NCBI GenBank assembly: GCA_965219495.1
Contig: OZ244777.1
Location: 93,193 to 157,192, forward strand
DNA from: Rhodobacterales bacterium
GTDB taxonomy: Bacteria; Pseudomonadota; Alphaproteobacteria; Rhodobacterales; CAZPXZ01
Length of the DNA: 64,000 bases
Direction of reading: 5' to 3'
Positions 50,343-61,223 of the stretch are shown piece by piece (positions within the stretch are counted from its first letter, which is position 1; the number at the start of each line of letters is the position of its first letter). The position numbers and the translations under genes were made by a program. Below the pieces are notes generated by a model. The model was not told the origin of the DNA, did no database searches, and saw nothing but the letters and a program-made list of their open reading frames with translations.

Positions 50343-51104
50343 CTAGTTCGAATTTGCTTGCGCACGCCGGACGATCTTCGCCCATTCGGCGAGGCCATGC
50401 TGGTCAAGGTAGCCGACCGTCACGGAGTCTCCAAGAACAAAGGACGGCGTACCTTCGATATGCAGGGCTCCGGCCGCGACGAAATTTTGCTGGAGGCGCT
50501 CATCTATGATCGGATCAACCATATCGATCTCAAGCGTTTCAGTATCCATTCCATGCCGCACGGCGAGCTCGAGTACGAATTCCTGGTCAATCGTTCCTTC
50601 ATGCATGAGTAGATCTTCGTGGAACGCGAGAAACCGGTCGCCCTGAATTTGGTTCGAAGCCGCCATGCTGGCGCGAGCCGCGGTAAGGGACTGCGGACCA
50701 AGGATGGGAAACTCCTTCAGCACGTAGCGAATTTGGCTGTCGGACCGCAAGAACGACTGCACTTCGGCGTGCGCTCTTCGACAAAATCCGCACCGGTAAT
50801 CAAAGAACTCGACTAGGGTCAGATCTCCGTCCGGGTTCCCTGCAATGACGGAATAGCCGTCGCTGATCAACGATGCGCGGTTCTCCGCGATCCAAGCGGA
50901 CCGAGCCGCGTGTTGATCCACGCGGGACCGCTCTTCCATCTGCAGGCGGAAATTGTTCAGGGCTTCCGCAACGACTTCGGGATGTTGGAGCAGGAACGCG
51001 CGAATCGCGGCTCCCAGTTCTTCTTCTTGGTGCGCCGCCGACTTCAAAGGAGTGAATGTCGCTGTCAAGACCAAAAGCGACGCGATTGCGACAAGTGTTC
51101 TCAT
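50343..51104 (-). CDS. DsbA-family protein (Com1-like)
   Basis: Signal peptide; EFFDYRCGFC, KEFPILG, GTPSF. Confidence 0.92.
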   Translation of the reverse strand: MRTLVAIASLLVLTATFTPLKSAAHQEEELGAAIRAFLLQHPEVVAEALNNFRLQMEERSRVDQHAARSAWIAENRASLISDGYSVIAGNPDGDLTLVEFFDYRCGFCRRAHAEVQSFLRSDSQIRYVLKEFPILGPQSLTAARASMAASNQIQGDRFLAFHEDLLMHEGTIDQEFVLELAVRHGMDTETLEIDMVDPIIDERLQQNFVAAGALHIEGTPSFVLGDSVTVGYLDQHGLAEWAKIVRRAQANSN

Positions 51105-51106
51105 GG

Positions 51107-52450
51107 CTATTCCTCTTCCACTGGCCTGCCAAGTGCGACGAGGATGTCGCGCGCACGGTACCACGTGGTGGAGTTCCGTGCAGAAAGTGATTCCGCGCGC
51201 TTTGCAAAACGCGCGGCGCCGGCAATATCGGCGAGAATCAAACGTTCTTCGGCAGACATTAAAGCGGCTCGCGCTTCATCGCCTGTACGCGCATAGGCGA
51301 TCGCGAGCAGTCTCCGGGACCTCGCGTCAAGCGGGTCCTCGCGAACCACGCCGGTAAGGACTTGGATCGCTTCTCGGTTTGCTTCGAGCGTGTCGAGCGA
51401 AAGGAGCGCTTGTCCAAGTCCTGCCGCGAGCAGCGTTTCCCCTTCCGAGAGTCGGACCGCCCTTCGGTAAGGTGCGACTGATTCCGTCGGCAAACCGCTT
51501 TCAAACAGGATTTGTCCTTTCAGCTCGCAATAGTAGGGATCTTCCGGGCGCAGGGCGATCAATTGGTCCACGGCCTTCAGCGCCGCCTTCAAATCCGCGC
51601 TCAGGTGACGCTCGATCGCGTGAGCGAGGAGTTCCGGTTCGGTCCCTCCGGACGGCAACCTCGAATTGCGGGTCGAGCCCGGCGGAGCCACAAACGCGGA
51701 GACCTTGGCGCGGGCTCGCGCATAGCGGTACGCGAGTTGGGGATTCAAGGGGGCTTCGAGGAACTGCGATTCAAGAACACGTGGTCGCAAATTTCGCAGC
51801 CGGTTGTCAGCAAGCGGATGCGTCAACGCGTAGGGGTCCTGCTCGCCGTGCAGTCGTTCCTTTCGCTTCAGAATGTCGATCAGGTCCAACATGGCGGACG
51901 GATCCGTCCCCACTTGCTCCAGATAGTCGATCGCCAGGGAGTCGGCGGAGAGTTCTTCGTTTCTTGTGTATTGGAGAAACGAACGGTCGGCGATCTGCTG
52001 CGCGGCCGCCATACCCCCGATTGCCGCTCCAGGGTCGCCAGAGGCCGCGCCGACTGCAATCAGAGCGAATGTGGAAAGGAGCGCGACCGGCCCTTGGGCT
52101 TGTTGGTACTGCTCCAATCGTCGCACAAGGTGACCGCTGGCGATATGGGCGATCTCGTGTGCGATCACGGCGAGCAGCACGGGATAGCTTTCCGCCGCCA
52201 GAATGAGACCCGTATTGAGGAGAATGTGGTTGTTCCCGGTCACGAATGCATTGATTTGGGGCGAGCGAATGATCACAAACCCGAACTCTTCCGGGTCCAG
52301 TTGCGCGGCGCGAAATACGGGCTCGGAAAAGTCCTCAAGCAGGTGCTCGATTTCGGCGTCCCTAATCAATTGTTCTGCACGGACTTCACTGGGAAACGCA
52401 AACCAGGCCAGTGCGAATACGAAGGCCCCCCCGATCAAAACCCTGCTCAT
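51107..52450 (-). CDS. M48-family metalloprotease with TPR repeats (BepA/YfgC-like)
   Basis: IRDAEIE, INAF, HEIAH zinc motif, THPL. Confidence 0.9.
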   Translation of the reverse strand: MSRVLIGGAFVFALAWFAFPSEVRAEQLIRDAEIEHLLEDFSEPVFRAAQLDPEEFGFVIIRSPQINAFVTGNNHILLNTGLILAAESYPVLLAVIAHEIAHIASGHLVRRLEQYQQAQGPVALLSTFALIAVGAASGDPGAAIGGMAAAQQIADRSFLQYTRNEELSADSLAIDYLEQVGTDPSAMLDLIDILKRKERLHGEQDPYALTHPLADNRLRNLRPRVLESQFLEAPLNPQLAYRYARARAKVSAFVAPPGSTRNSRLPSGGTEPELLAHAIERHLSADLKAALKAVDQLIALRPEDPYYCELKGQILFESGLPTESVAPYRRAVRLSEGETLLAAGLGQALLSLDTLEANREAIQVLTGVVREDPLDARSRRLLAIAYARTGDEARAALMSAEERLILADIAGAARFAKRAESLSARNSTTWYRARDILVALGRPVEEE

Positions 52451-52706
52451 TCGCGCGATCCGCCGTTCGTTTCTGTACTGTCCCGAATAGGACGAGCAAT
52501 TGTGGCCGCATCGCGGCTCATGTCTGGTATTTTTGCATATTGAGTTATTCTCGGTGATCCGGGGTATAGGCGCGGGCGGCGGAGGTGCAACGGAGACTTG
52601 GATCGCCGGTCGTCTACGCGGCGTGAACAATTCGACCACGCGTTCGACAAGTCTTCGCGCCAGCCCGGGAAATCTTGCATGTCGAATGATTTCAAGCGGA
52701 GTGTGC

Positions 52707-54629
52707 TCACTGGTGCTGCGCTGCGCCTTCCTCCACGGAGCGGTCTGCAGAATCGGCAGATTTCTGTTCGGGGACCTGGGCGATTTTCGGTTTCTCGGTC
52801 GAAGCATCTTCAGAGTTCTGCGTTGTCCGCCCCCGCCCGCGGTTCCTCCTGCGCGGGCGGTCTGTACGGGAGCGCCCTCCACGGCCGCGTTCCTGCCGAG
52901 TCTTCTGTGGCGCTGGCGGGCTGGCGCCTGCTTCAGCTTGCGGTCGTGAACTGTCACCTTGCCAGACCAGTTCAAATGCGCTGGGTTGGGCGGTACCGTC
53001 GGTTTCCACTCGAATGTGAATGTCTCTCGTGGTCTCGATCTCACTCAGTTTCTTTCGCTTTTCGTTGGCAAGATAATTTGCAATTCCTATGGTTGCTCGA
53101 AGAATCACATGCTGGTTCGCATTCGAACGCGCTTCTTCCTCGACTTTTCGAAGGGCGGAAAGAGCCAGGGACCTGTCCGACCGTACGCGTCCCGTCCCGT
53201 CGCATCGCGGACAACCGGCGGTGGAGATTTCCAGCATGCCCTTTCTCATGCGTTGTCGCGACATTTCCAGCAAACCAAATGCCGAGATTTCTCCCAGCTG
53301 CACGCGCGCGCGTCCGATCTTCAGCCGATCCTTCAGCCGGGATTCGACGCTGCGGCGGTTTCGTTTTACGTCCATGTCGATGAAATCGATCACAATCAGC
53401 CCCGCAATATCGCGAAGACTTAGCTGAAGAGCGACTTCATCGGCCGCTTCAAGGTTGGTCCGTAGCGCAGTTTTCTCAACTGTTCGTTCCGAAGTTTGTC
53501 GCCCGGAATTCACGTCAATCGCGGTCAGCGCTTCCGTGCAATGTATTACGATCGAACCGCCAGAAGGAAGGGCGACGTCGGGCTGGAACAATCGGTCGAG
53601 TTGCCCTTCAATCTCGTGTTGGACGAATATGGGAATTTCTTCCCGGTACATTTGTACGTTTCGTGCATGCGAGGGCGTGAGCAATCGCATGTAGTCCTTT
53701 GCATCCCTGTAGGCTTCCTCGCCCTCAATCAGGATTTGCTTGATATCCTTATCGTACAAGTCACGTACCGCGCGTCGGATCAAACTGCCTTCTTCGTGTA
53801 CCAGGCAGGGAGCGAACGAATTCAGTGTCGCCTTGCGGATTGCCTCCCACTGCCTCAGGAGCGCGGCGTAGTCTCGCTTGATTTCAGCCTTCGTACGACC
53901 AGAGCCGGCGGTTCGAATGATTACACCGAGCCCGGGCGCCACATCGAGTTCTTGCGCTATGGCCCTCAACCTCTTCCGGTCTTGCTGGCTGCCGATTTTG
54001 CGGGAAATGCCTCCACCTCGCGCTGTATTGGGCATCAGGACGCAATAGCGGCCTGCAAGCGAAATATAGGTGGTCAGAACTGCACCCTTGTTTCCGCGCG
54101 GTTCTTTGTAGACTTGGACAAGAAGAATCTGACGGCTTCGGACTACTTCTTCGATGCTGTAGTCGCGAGGCGCGGCTTGGCGATGGGCTAGATCGTCGAT
54201 TTCTTCCTCGATTTCCTCGCCGTCGACGGACTCCGCAACATCTTCCCCTGCGGCACTTGCGGGATCGGATTCCTTGCGTTTTCGGCGGGAACGGGAGGAG
54301 CGGGACTTGGTCCGCCGTTCCTCTTGATCCTCCTCCTCCGGTTTGCCGGATTCTGTTTCCAGCAATGATTGCCGATCACCATCGGGAATTTGAAAATAGT
54401 CCGGGTGAATCTCGGACAGGGCAAGAAAGCCGTGTCGTTGGCCGCCGAAGTCTACGAAGGCAGCCTGCAAGGCAGGCTCGATTCGGACGATACGCGCCAG
54501 ATAAATATTGCCGCTTAGTTGACCGTCTTGTGTGGCGTCGTAGTCAAACGCCACAAGCCTCTTGTCTTCGACAACCGCGACCCGGATTTCTTCCGGATGC
54601 GCGGCATCAATAAGCATTTGTTTTTCCAT
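52707..54629 (-). CDS. rne: Ribonuclease E/G
   Basis: MLIDAAHPEE, LQAAFVDFG, IDVNSG, VIDFIDM, CPRCDG; Arg-rich C-terminal tail. Confidence 0.95.
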   Translation of the reverse strand: MEKQMLIDAAHPEEIRVAVVEDKRLVAFDYDATQDGQLSGNIYLARIVRIEPALQAAFVDFGGQRHGFLALSEIHPDYFQIPDGDRQSLLETESGKPEEEDQEERRTKSRSSRSRRKRKESDPASAAGEDVAESVDGEEIEEEIDDLAHRQAAPRDYSIEEVVRSRQILLVQVYKEPRGNKGAVLTTYISLAGRYCVLMPNTARGGGISRKIGSQQDRKRLRAIAQELDVAPGLGVIIRTAGSGRTKAEIKRDYAALLRQWEAIRKATLNSFAPCLVHEEGSLIRRAVRDLYDKDIKQILIEGEEAYRDAKDYMRLLTPSHARNVQMYREEIPIFVQHEIEGQLDRLFQPDVALPSGGSIVIHCTEALTAIDVNSGRQTSERTVEKTALRTNLEAADEVALQLSLRDIAGLIVIDFIDMDVKRNRRSVESRLKDRLKIGRARVQLGEISAFGLLEMSRQRMRKGMLEISTAGCPRCDGTGRVRSDRSLALSALRKVEEEARSNANQHVILRATIGIANYLANEKRKKLSEIETTRDIHIRVETDGTAQPSAFELVWQGDSSRPQAEAGASPPAPQKTRQERGRGGRSRTDRPRRRNRGRGRTTQNSEDASTEKPKIAQVPEQKSADSADRSVEEGAAQHQ

Positions 54630-55477
54630 GATTGCTGTCGGGAGGCGGCGAGCAGGATATAGTCCGGCCCGGGGGCTCCATGTCTGGGAGTTGCATGAAG
54701 ATCGCGACTTCGGTGGCCCGACCGGCGGATACCATAAACGGTTGTTTCGAGTTCGTTCCGGGTTGCGGTCATCATGCACCCTTGATTGAATCGCGTGGGT
54801 CGCGATGGTTCAAATGCGCCGTGGCCGGCGCGGTGTGTCTGGTCTCGGATTCTGTTGCAAGTGCAGTTGCGCAACTGCCGACAGGCCGGTGACGTGCCCA
54901 CAAGGGGCTCAGTTGGTTCTTCCGCCGAATGCGGCACAATTCGCTTCGCCGCACTCTTTGGAGAATACGCTGCCTTCAAGATAGGAGCGGGAGCGGAGGT
55001 TTGCAATCTGGGTAGTGAACAGCACAATGCGTGGAGACCAGTCCTCTTGTATTGGTCGAGACGCTTGCAATGGAATGCGAGGCGACTGCTGGCTTCGAAT
55101 TTGTCGTGCAGGCGCTGATCGCGCTTGCCGCGTCGTTCGTCCGTAATGTCCCGTAACGGATTGTATCCCCGTGCGATCCCCCCAGCCTGCCAATGCAGAA
55201 CCAAATTGTTGTGAATTCGCAGTGTTCTATTGTTTGGCGGGCACGAGACCAGGCAAACCGGTTGATTTCGTGCTGAATTTTGGGGTTGCGCGCTTGTCGC
55301 CTACACAGGCATATGTTCTGCAGTTCCACTCATCTGCTGGGAAACTCATGCAGGACGTAAGCGGTAAGCAGGTTGGCGAATGCAACGGGGATTATATCGG
55401 ATAGTGCCCGTATAGGGGTTGATGATTCAGGCACCATTTATTAAAATCGGTCCAAGTCAACGGATTAGGAAGTGGAG

Positions 55478-56452
55478 ATGGCCCACAAGGCACCTGGCAA
55501 GCACTACCGCCAAGGTATGACCCTTATCGAGGCGATGCGGATGTTCGCGGACAATGCGGCGGCCGAAGCGTGGTTCGTTAAGGTCCGCTGGCCGACCGGC
55601 CCGGCTTGCCCGTTTTGTGGCTCCGTCAACGTTCTCAGTGGTGCAAAGCACAAGACCATGCCCTATCGGTGCCGTGAGAAGGAATGCCGCAAACGATTCA
55701 GTGTCCGGACCGGAACCGTCATGGAAGCGTCGAACATCCCCTATCAGAAATGGGCGCTCGCGGTCTATCTCTTCATGACGAGCCTGAAGTCGGTTTCGTC
55801 CATGAAGTTGCATCGGGATCTCGGGGTGACACAGAAGACCGCTTGGCACCTGGCACACCGGCTGCGCAAGGCGTTTGAGAGTGAAAGCGGGTTGTTCGCT
55901 GGCCCGGTCGAGGTGGATGAAACCTACATGGGCGGCAAGCGCAAGAACATGCCGAAGTCGAAGCGCGAAGAGCTCACCGGCCGCGGGGCCGTGGGCAAGA
56001 CCGCCGTCGTTGGTGCGAAAGACCGGACCACAAACCAAGTACGAGCCCGAGCAGTCGAGTCCACTAACAAGGCCACCATCCACGGCTTCGTCGCCGATCA
56101 CACGGCCCTGGACGCCACGGTCTACACTGACGATGCGTTGGTCTGCGAAACCCTTCCGAATCCACACAAGGCCGTCAACCACAGCGCTCAGGAGTATGTT
56201 CGTGGCGACGTGCATACCAACGGCATGGAGAGCTTCTGGTCGATGCTCAAGCGCGCTTATCAGGGGACCTTCCACAAGATGAGCGAAAAGCATCTCGACC
56301 GGTACGTGAGGGAGTTTGCGGGCAAGCACAGTGTGCGAGACATGGACACCCTCGACATCATGGGCGCGATCGTCCTCGGAATGGACGGCAAGCGCCTGAA
56401 GTACACACAACTCATCGCCGACAACGGCCTTGATTCAGGAGCGCGGGCATGA
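55478..56452 (+). CDS. IS1595-family transposase
   Basis: Translation identical to 7103-8077. Confidence 0.95.
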   Translation: MAHKAPGKHYRQGMTLIEAMRMFADNAAAEAWFVKVRWPTGPACPFCGSVNVLSGAKHKTMPYRCREKECRKRFSVRTGTVMEASNIPYQKWALAVYLFMTSLKSVSSMKLHRDLGVTQKTAWHLAHRLRKAFESESGLFAGPVEVDETYMGGKRKNMPKSKREELTGRGAVGKTAVVGAKDRTTNQVRARAVESTNKATIHGFVADHTALDATVYTDDALVCETLPNPHKAVNHSAQEYVRGDVHTNGMESFWSMLKRAYQGTFHKMSEKHLDRYVREFAGKHSVRDMDTLDIMGAIVLGMDGKRLKYTQLIADNGLDSGARA

Positions 56453-56512
56453 ATCGGCGCCCAACAAAGAGCGGCATCATCTCGGCCTTTGCTGGCTGCA
56501 TGGGAGGCTGAT

Positions 56513-56704
56513 GTGACTGAACGACGCAAGAGGCCGCCGCGCCGTGTGGAGGTTGTGAAGTCGTCCTACCAGCCGTCCAAGGCAGATATGAAGAAGGAAA
56601 TCGACGTGAGCCACCTGGAGGGGAAGACGGCGGACGATCTGGCTCGGATGCTCACGGCCCCGGTGGCGATGGTGCGTACGCCACGCCCGCCCCGGAGCCG
56701 GTGA
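56513..56704 (+). CDS. Small passenger ORF (63 aa) inside IS1595 copy 2
   Basis: GGGAGG then GTG at 56513; identical to copy 1. Confidence 0.55.
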   Translation: MTERRKRPPRRVEVVKSSYQPSKADMKKEIDVSHLEGKTADDLARMLTAPVAMVRTPRPPRSR

Positions 56705-56738
56705 CGGGTGCTGTGGGCACTATCCGATATAATCCCCA

Positions 56739-57884
56739 ATGCAACCAGTCCCGTTCATAGATCTCGAAGCGCAGCAAGAGCGACTGGGCGCGGACTTGCA
56801 GGCCGCGGTCTCGCGTGTGATGGAACACAGAAAGTTCATCATGGGGCCGGAGGTGGGCCTTCTCGAAGAGAGGCTTTCTGCATATTGCAGTGTGAGTCAT
56901 GCGATTGGATGTTCGAGCGGAACGGATGCGCTTCTTCTTGGCCTCATGGCGCTGGAGGCTGGCCGCGGCGATGCTGTGCTTGTTCCCGGATTTTCCTTTG
57001 TCGCCGCAGCCGAAGTTGTCGCGCTGCTTGGCGCATCCCCTGTGTTTCTGGATGTCGATCCAGATTCATGCAACATGTCTCCGGGCGGAATTGCCGATGG
57101 CGTAGAGGTTGCGCGTTCAAATGGGCTTTCCCCGGTAGGCATCATCGCCGTGGATCTTTTCGGGCGCCCCGCGGACTACGACGAAATCGAAAAAGCAGCT
57201 TCGGGTCACGACCTCTGGCTCATATGCGATGCCGCCCAGAGTTTCGGTTCCGTTTACCGCGAGCGGCGGACCGGTGGCATGGGCAAGTTGACGGCAACCA
57301 GCTTCTATCCAGCCAAGCCGCTTGGATGCTACGGCGATGGTGGAGCGGTGTTGACAAATGATGATGACATTGCGTCCAAAGTTCGATCGTTGCTTTCCCA
57401 CGGCCAGGGTGCCAACAAGTATGACAACGTGAGAATTGGCGTGAATGGGCGACTCGATACGATACAGGCCGCTATTTTGCTGGAAAAACTGAAGATTTTT
57501 CCGGAGGAACTTGAGGCGCGCGACATTGCGGCAAATCGTTATCGGGAGGCGTTCTCGGGAATCCCCGCAGTTCTCCCTCCACTTGTTGGAAATCATGTCC
57601 GTTCGACTTGGGCGCAATACACCATTCAGCTTGAAAAGATGGAGCGCACCCAATTCATCGCAATGCTTGCAGAGGACGGAATTCCTGCCGTGATTCACTA
57701 TCCTGAACCCCTCCATCATCAAGAGGCCTATCGGGGTTTTCCGGTCGCAGAGAGGGGACTACCGGTTGCGGCAAGTCTTTGCGGAAGAGTTTTAAGCTTG
57801 CCGATGCATGCATATCTCGCCGAGTACACGCAGGAGAGAATTATCTCGGCGGTGCGACGGGCGGTCGAATATTGCGGCGAATGA
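56739..57884 (+). CDS. DegT/DnrJ/EryC1/StrS-family nucleotide-sugar aminotransferase
   Basis: PFIDL, SSGTDAL, DAAQSFG, SFYPAKPLGCYGDGG, NGRLDTIQAA, LSLPMH. Confidence 0.95.
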   Translation: MQPVPFIDLEAQQERLGADLQAAVSRVMEHRKFIMGPEVGLLEERLSAYCSVSHAIGCSSGTDALLLGLMALEAGRGDAVLVPGFSFVAAAEVVALLGASPVFLDVDPDSCNMSPGGIADGVEVARSNGLSPVGIIAVDLFGRPADYDEIEKAASGHDLWLICDAAQSFGSVYRERRTGGMGKLTATSFYPAKPLGCYGDGGAVLTNDDDIASKVRSLLSHGQGANKYDNVRIGVNGRLDTIQAAILLEKLKIFPEELEARDIAANRYREAFSGIPAVLPPLVGNHVRSTWAQYTIQLEKMERTQFIAMLAEDGIPAVIHYPEPLHHQEAYRGFPVAERGLPVAASLCGRVLSLPMHAYLAEYTQERIISAVRRAVEYCGE

Positions 57885-58083
57885 CACTGGCGATGGGCGG
57901 GTTGGGCTCGCGGTTGTGGCAGTGCTGCGGAGCTTGCCTTCTTGCGAGAATGGATGCGCGCCCGGAGCCAAGGCAACTGTCAAGGCTTCAAGATTGGGCA
58001 GGCCGAGGTAGAAGCAGGAGTTCACCTGTCTCGCCTGCCCATGTGATTCCAGGTTGGACAATTTTTCCGGTATCTGTGGTCAT

Positions 58084-59070
58084 CTACGCGCCGCGTCGTT
58101 CCCATGCCAATGCACTTCGCACAATGAATTGCAGGTCGTCGTATTCTGGTTCCCAGCGCAATTTTGAACGAAGCCTTGTCGAGTCGGCAACCAGTTCGGG
58201 AGGATCACCCTCCCGTCGCGGGCCTTCCCGAATATCCAATACCATTCCCGCTTCATTCTGGACCACGTTCAAGACCTCTCTCACGGAGTATCCTCGTCCG
58301 TATCCGCAATTAAGCAGGCAACATTCACCGCCTTCTCGCAAGTATTTCAGGGCGGCTACATGAGCTTTCGCTATGTCGGCCACATGGATGTAGTCGCGTA
58401 TACATGTACCGTCGAACGTATCGTAGTCGGTTCCGTGAATCGTGATGTACTCGCGTTTGCAGGTTGCGGCTTCGCTAGCCACCTTGATTAAGTGCGTCGC
58501 ATTGGGAGACAACTGTCCGGCCCTTCCGCGCGGGTCTGCACCCGCGACATTGAAATAACGTAATGAAACGAAGCGAATCCCGTTTTGGGCGGCAGCGTCC
58601 TGAAGGCACCACTCAGAAATCAGCTTTGTGCGTCCGTAGGGGTTGATCGGGGACGCAGGAGCGTCTTCGCTTACGGGAACCCGCTCGGGGATACCGTAAA
58701 CGGCGGCGGTGGAAGAAAAAACGAAGTGCTCTACGCCGCTCCTGACGCAAGCGGCGATGAGACTGGCGCTATTGCTGCTGTTGTTGCGATAATATTTGAG
58801 CGGGTCGGATACAGATTCAGAAACGATCACGCTGGCGGCCAAATGAACAACCGCGGCAATCCGATGCTCGGAAATCGTACGCTCCACCAAGTCACGGTCA
58901 CCGGCATTTCCCGGGATGAATATCGCCCTTTCCGGGACTAGGAACTGGCAGCCCGTGGAGAGATCGTCGATAACCACTGCGGGATACCCCGCATCCATGA
59001 GCTCCAGTACGGTCTGGCTGCCGATGTATCCAGCGCCTCCGGTCACGAGAATCGCGGATTTCGATGACAT
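58084..59070 (-). CDS. galE: UDP-glucose 4-epimerase
   Basis: TGGAGYIGS, FSSTAAVYG, YGRTK, LRYFNVAGADP, DGTCIRDYIHV. Confidence 0.95.
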   Translation of the reverse strand: MSSKSAILVTGGAGYIGSQTVLELMDAGYPAVVIDDLSTGCQFLVPERAIFIPGNAGDRDLVERTISEHRIAAVVHLAASVIVSESVSDPLKYYRNNSSNSASLIAACVRSGVEHFVFSSTAAVYGIPERVPVSEDAPASPINPYGRTKLISEWCLQDAAAQNGIRFVSLRYFNVAGADPRGRAGQLSPNATHLIKVASEAATCKREYITIHGTDYDTFDGTCIRDYIHVADIAKAHVAALKYLREGGECCLLNCGYGRGYSVREVLNVVQNEAGMVLDIREGPRREGDPPELVADSTRLRSKLRWEPEYDDLQFIVRSALAWERRGA

Positions 59071-59107
59071 GCTGAAGTCCTGCGGTCTTCCGGTGACGTT
59101 CTCGTGG

Positions 59108-60079
59108 TCACGCGACCGTCAGCACAATTTTCCCCGAAGCGTTTCGATTGCGCAACAGGTCCAGGGCGGTTTCGGCATCCTCAAGCGGAAGCGTGCGGGA
59201 CGTTCCGGGTGAAATGGCGCGTTCCGCGTACCAGGAAAGGATGCGACGAAAGCTGTTGGCCAGAATTTCGGGCCGGCGCTGATAGTACGCTCCCCAATAA
59301 ACGCCAACAATGTCGATGTTCTTTATGAGCACGATGTTGGCCGGAACTTGAGGGGTTTCGCCCGAAGCAAAACCGATCGGCAGTACGCGGGCGCCGAACG
59401 CCACGGCGCGAAGCGCGTCCCGAAACTGGGATCCACCTACGGGGTCGAACACGACATCGACACCAGCGCCGCCGGTTGCCGATTTCACGGAATCCCGAAT
59501 GTCTTCGAGTTCTGTGTCGATGCCAAGGTCGGCTCCTTTTTGGCGGGCTCTTGCGAGACGGGTGGAACCGCGCGCGCAAGCGATGACGCGCGCGCCAAGC
59601 AGATTCCCGATTTCCACCGCAGCAAGCCCGACCCCTCCCGCAGCGCCAAGCACGAGAAGAGTTTCCCCGCGGCGGAGTCTCGCCCGAATGCGGAGCGCCA
59701 AGTCGGCGGTTCCGTAAGCTACCTGCAGCCCGGCGGCATCGGTAAATGCCATGTTGTCTGGAACTCGAACACAGGAATTGGCGGGGGCGCAGACCTCTTC
59801 CGCGAAGCCGCCATTTCCGCACATGGCCGCCACCCTGGCGCCCAAGTCCATATCTTCGACTCCTTTGCCGAGCGCCGTGACCGTTCCGGAAACTTCAAGG
59901 CCTGGTATGAGCGGGAATGGTGGCCTTTCCTGATAGGTTCCGGCAACCATCAGCGTGTCCGCAAAGTTCACCCCGCAGGCCGCGACCCTAATTCGAACCT
60001 CACCAGAAACAGGTTCAGGCCGTGGGACCTCATCCAGGCGAAGGCTCGTTCCCGGCTGATGTGCTCGCATTGCACGCAT
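59108..60079 (-). CDS. NADPH:quinone oxidoreductase family (MDR superfamily)
   Basis: GVNFADTL...G.YQ, PGLEVSG, GAAGGVG, DVVFDPVGG, GKIVL. Confidence 0.92.
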   Translation of the reverse strand: MRAMRAHQPGTSLRLDEVPRPEPVSGEVRIRVAACGVNFADTLMVAGTYQERPPFPLIPGLEVSGTVTALGKGVEDMDLGARVAAMCGNGGFAEEVCAPANSCVRVPDNMAFTDAAGLQVAYGTADLALRIRARLRRGETLLVLGAAGGVGLAAVEIGNLLGARVIACARGSTRLARARQKGADLGIDTELEDIRDSVKSATGGAGVDVVFDPVGGSQFRDALRAVAFGARVLPIGFASGETPQVPANIVLIKNIDIVGVYWGAYYQRRPEILANSFRRILSWYAERAISPGTSRTLPLEDAETALDLLRNRNASGKIVLTVA

Positions 60080-60187
60080 TGACACGGCTCCCGAATTGAT
60101 GCGAAGGGTAATTATCGTGCAGACAGTAACGCTGTTGCTTGAGAGAATCCTGACAGTCAAGCATGGACGCGTGAAGCGTGAGCGGAA

Positions 60188-61045
60188 ATGGAACGGAACA
60201 GGAATTTGAACGCGATATCCGCGCAAGCGAGCAAGGAATTGCTCGAAGTAGCGCATGAGTTGGCAGAATCCGCGCGCGCGCCGATTTTGCGGCACTTTCG
60301 CTCGCGCAATCTGGCCGTGGATAACAAGAGTTCGGACTTGTTCGATCCGGTTACGGACGCGGACCGCGCGGCGGAAACGGCCATTCGCGACCGGCTCGCC
60401 AAGCTGCGGCCGCAGGACGGGATCATTGGCGAGGAATATGGCAACTCGGAAGGGGCCAGCGGCCTGATCTGGGTTGTGGATCCCATCGACGGAACGCGAT
60501 CGTTCATTGCCGGAATGCCGGTCTGGACCGTGATCATAGGTTTGCATGACGGTATTTGTCCTGTGCTCGGAATCATTGACCAGCCTTATCTGGACGAACG
60601 TTTTTGGGGCATTGGTGTGGAAGGACTCCACGAGGCGTGCTTCCGGCACGGTGTAGTAGAGAAGCCGCTTCGAACCAGCCAATGCGCCGACCTAGGAAAG
60701 GCGAGTATTTCCACAACGCATCGCAACGCGTTCGAGCGCCCGGAAGATTACACTGCATTTCAGACGCTTGAGAGTAGATGTAGGCTGAGCCGGATGGGCG
60801 GGGACGCCTACCAGTACGCGATGCTCGCGCACGGAGGTTTCGATCTAGTCGTGGAATCCGGTCTGACTTCTTATGATATTCTCGGCGTAATTCCGATTGT
60901 CGAGGGAGCGGGCGGAAAGATCACGGACTGGGAAGGTGGCAGTTGCGCCTGGGGGGGCAAAGTCATTGCCGCATGCAACTCAAGTTTGCACCGAATCGCT
61001 TGCGAAGTACTTGCTTCCACCCGAGCCGGGCTGGACATCGAATAG
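60188..61045 (+). CDS. hisN: Histidinol-phosphatase, inositol monophosphatase family
   Basis: FDPVTDADRAAE, IIGEE, WVVDPIDGTRSF, GGDAYQY, YDI. Confidence 0.85.
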   Translation: MERNRNLNAISAQASKELLEVAHELAESARAPILRHFRSRNLAVDNKSSDLFDPVTDADRAAETAIRDRLAKLRPQDGIIGEEYGNSEGASGLIWVVDPIDGTRSFIAGMPVWTVIIGLHDGICPVLGIIDQPYLDERFWGIGVEGLHEACFRHGVVEKPLRTSQCADLGKASISTTHRNAFERPEDYTAFQTLESRCRLSRMGGDAYQYAMLAHGGFDLVVESGLTSYDILGVIPIVEGAGGKITDWEGGSCAWGGKVIAACNSSLHRIACEVLASTRAGLDIE

Positions 61046-61223
61046 CGCTCAGGAATCCCATTCTGGCGAAGGAATTCCGGCCGGTCAGGGTCTCCTGGTA
61101 CCGCTGATACTTTCGCGGGGCACGGAGTCGATATCGTAAAACCGAGTGCGCTGCCGCGAAAGGCATTACGGTCAGAATTCCGAAAGCAACTCTTGGAGTG
61201 CGTCGGGTCACCGGCCCATGCGT

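Larger units (their letters stand above)
55387..56737 (+). mobile_element. IS1595-family insertion sequence, copy 2 (1351 bp)
   Basis: Same 23-bp inverted repeats; 8-bp target duplication AATGCAAC at 55379-55386 and 56738-56745; all internal ORF translations identical to copy 1. Confidence 0.96.

Noticed and set aside
54630-55378. ORFs upstream of rne
   Set aside because: No recognisable protein; consistent with the long rne leader and divergent promoter region.
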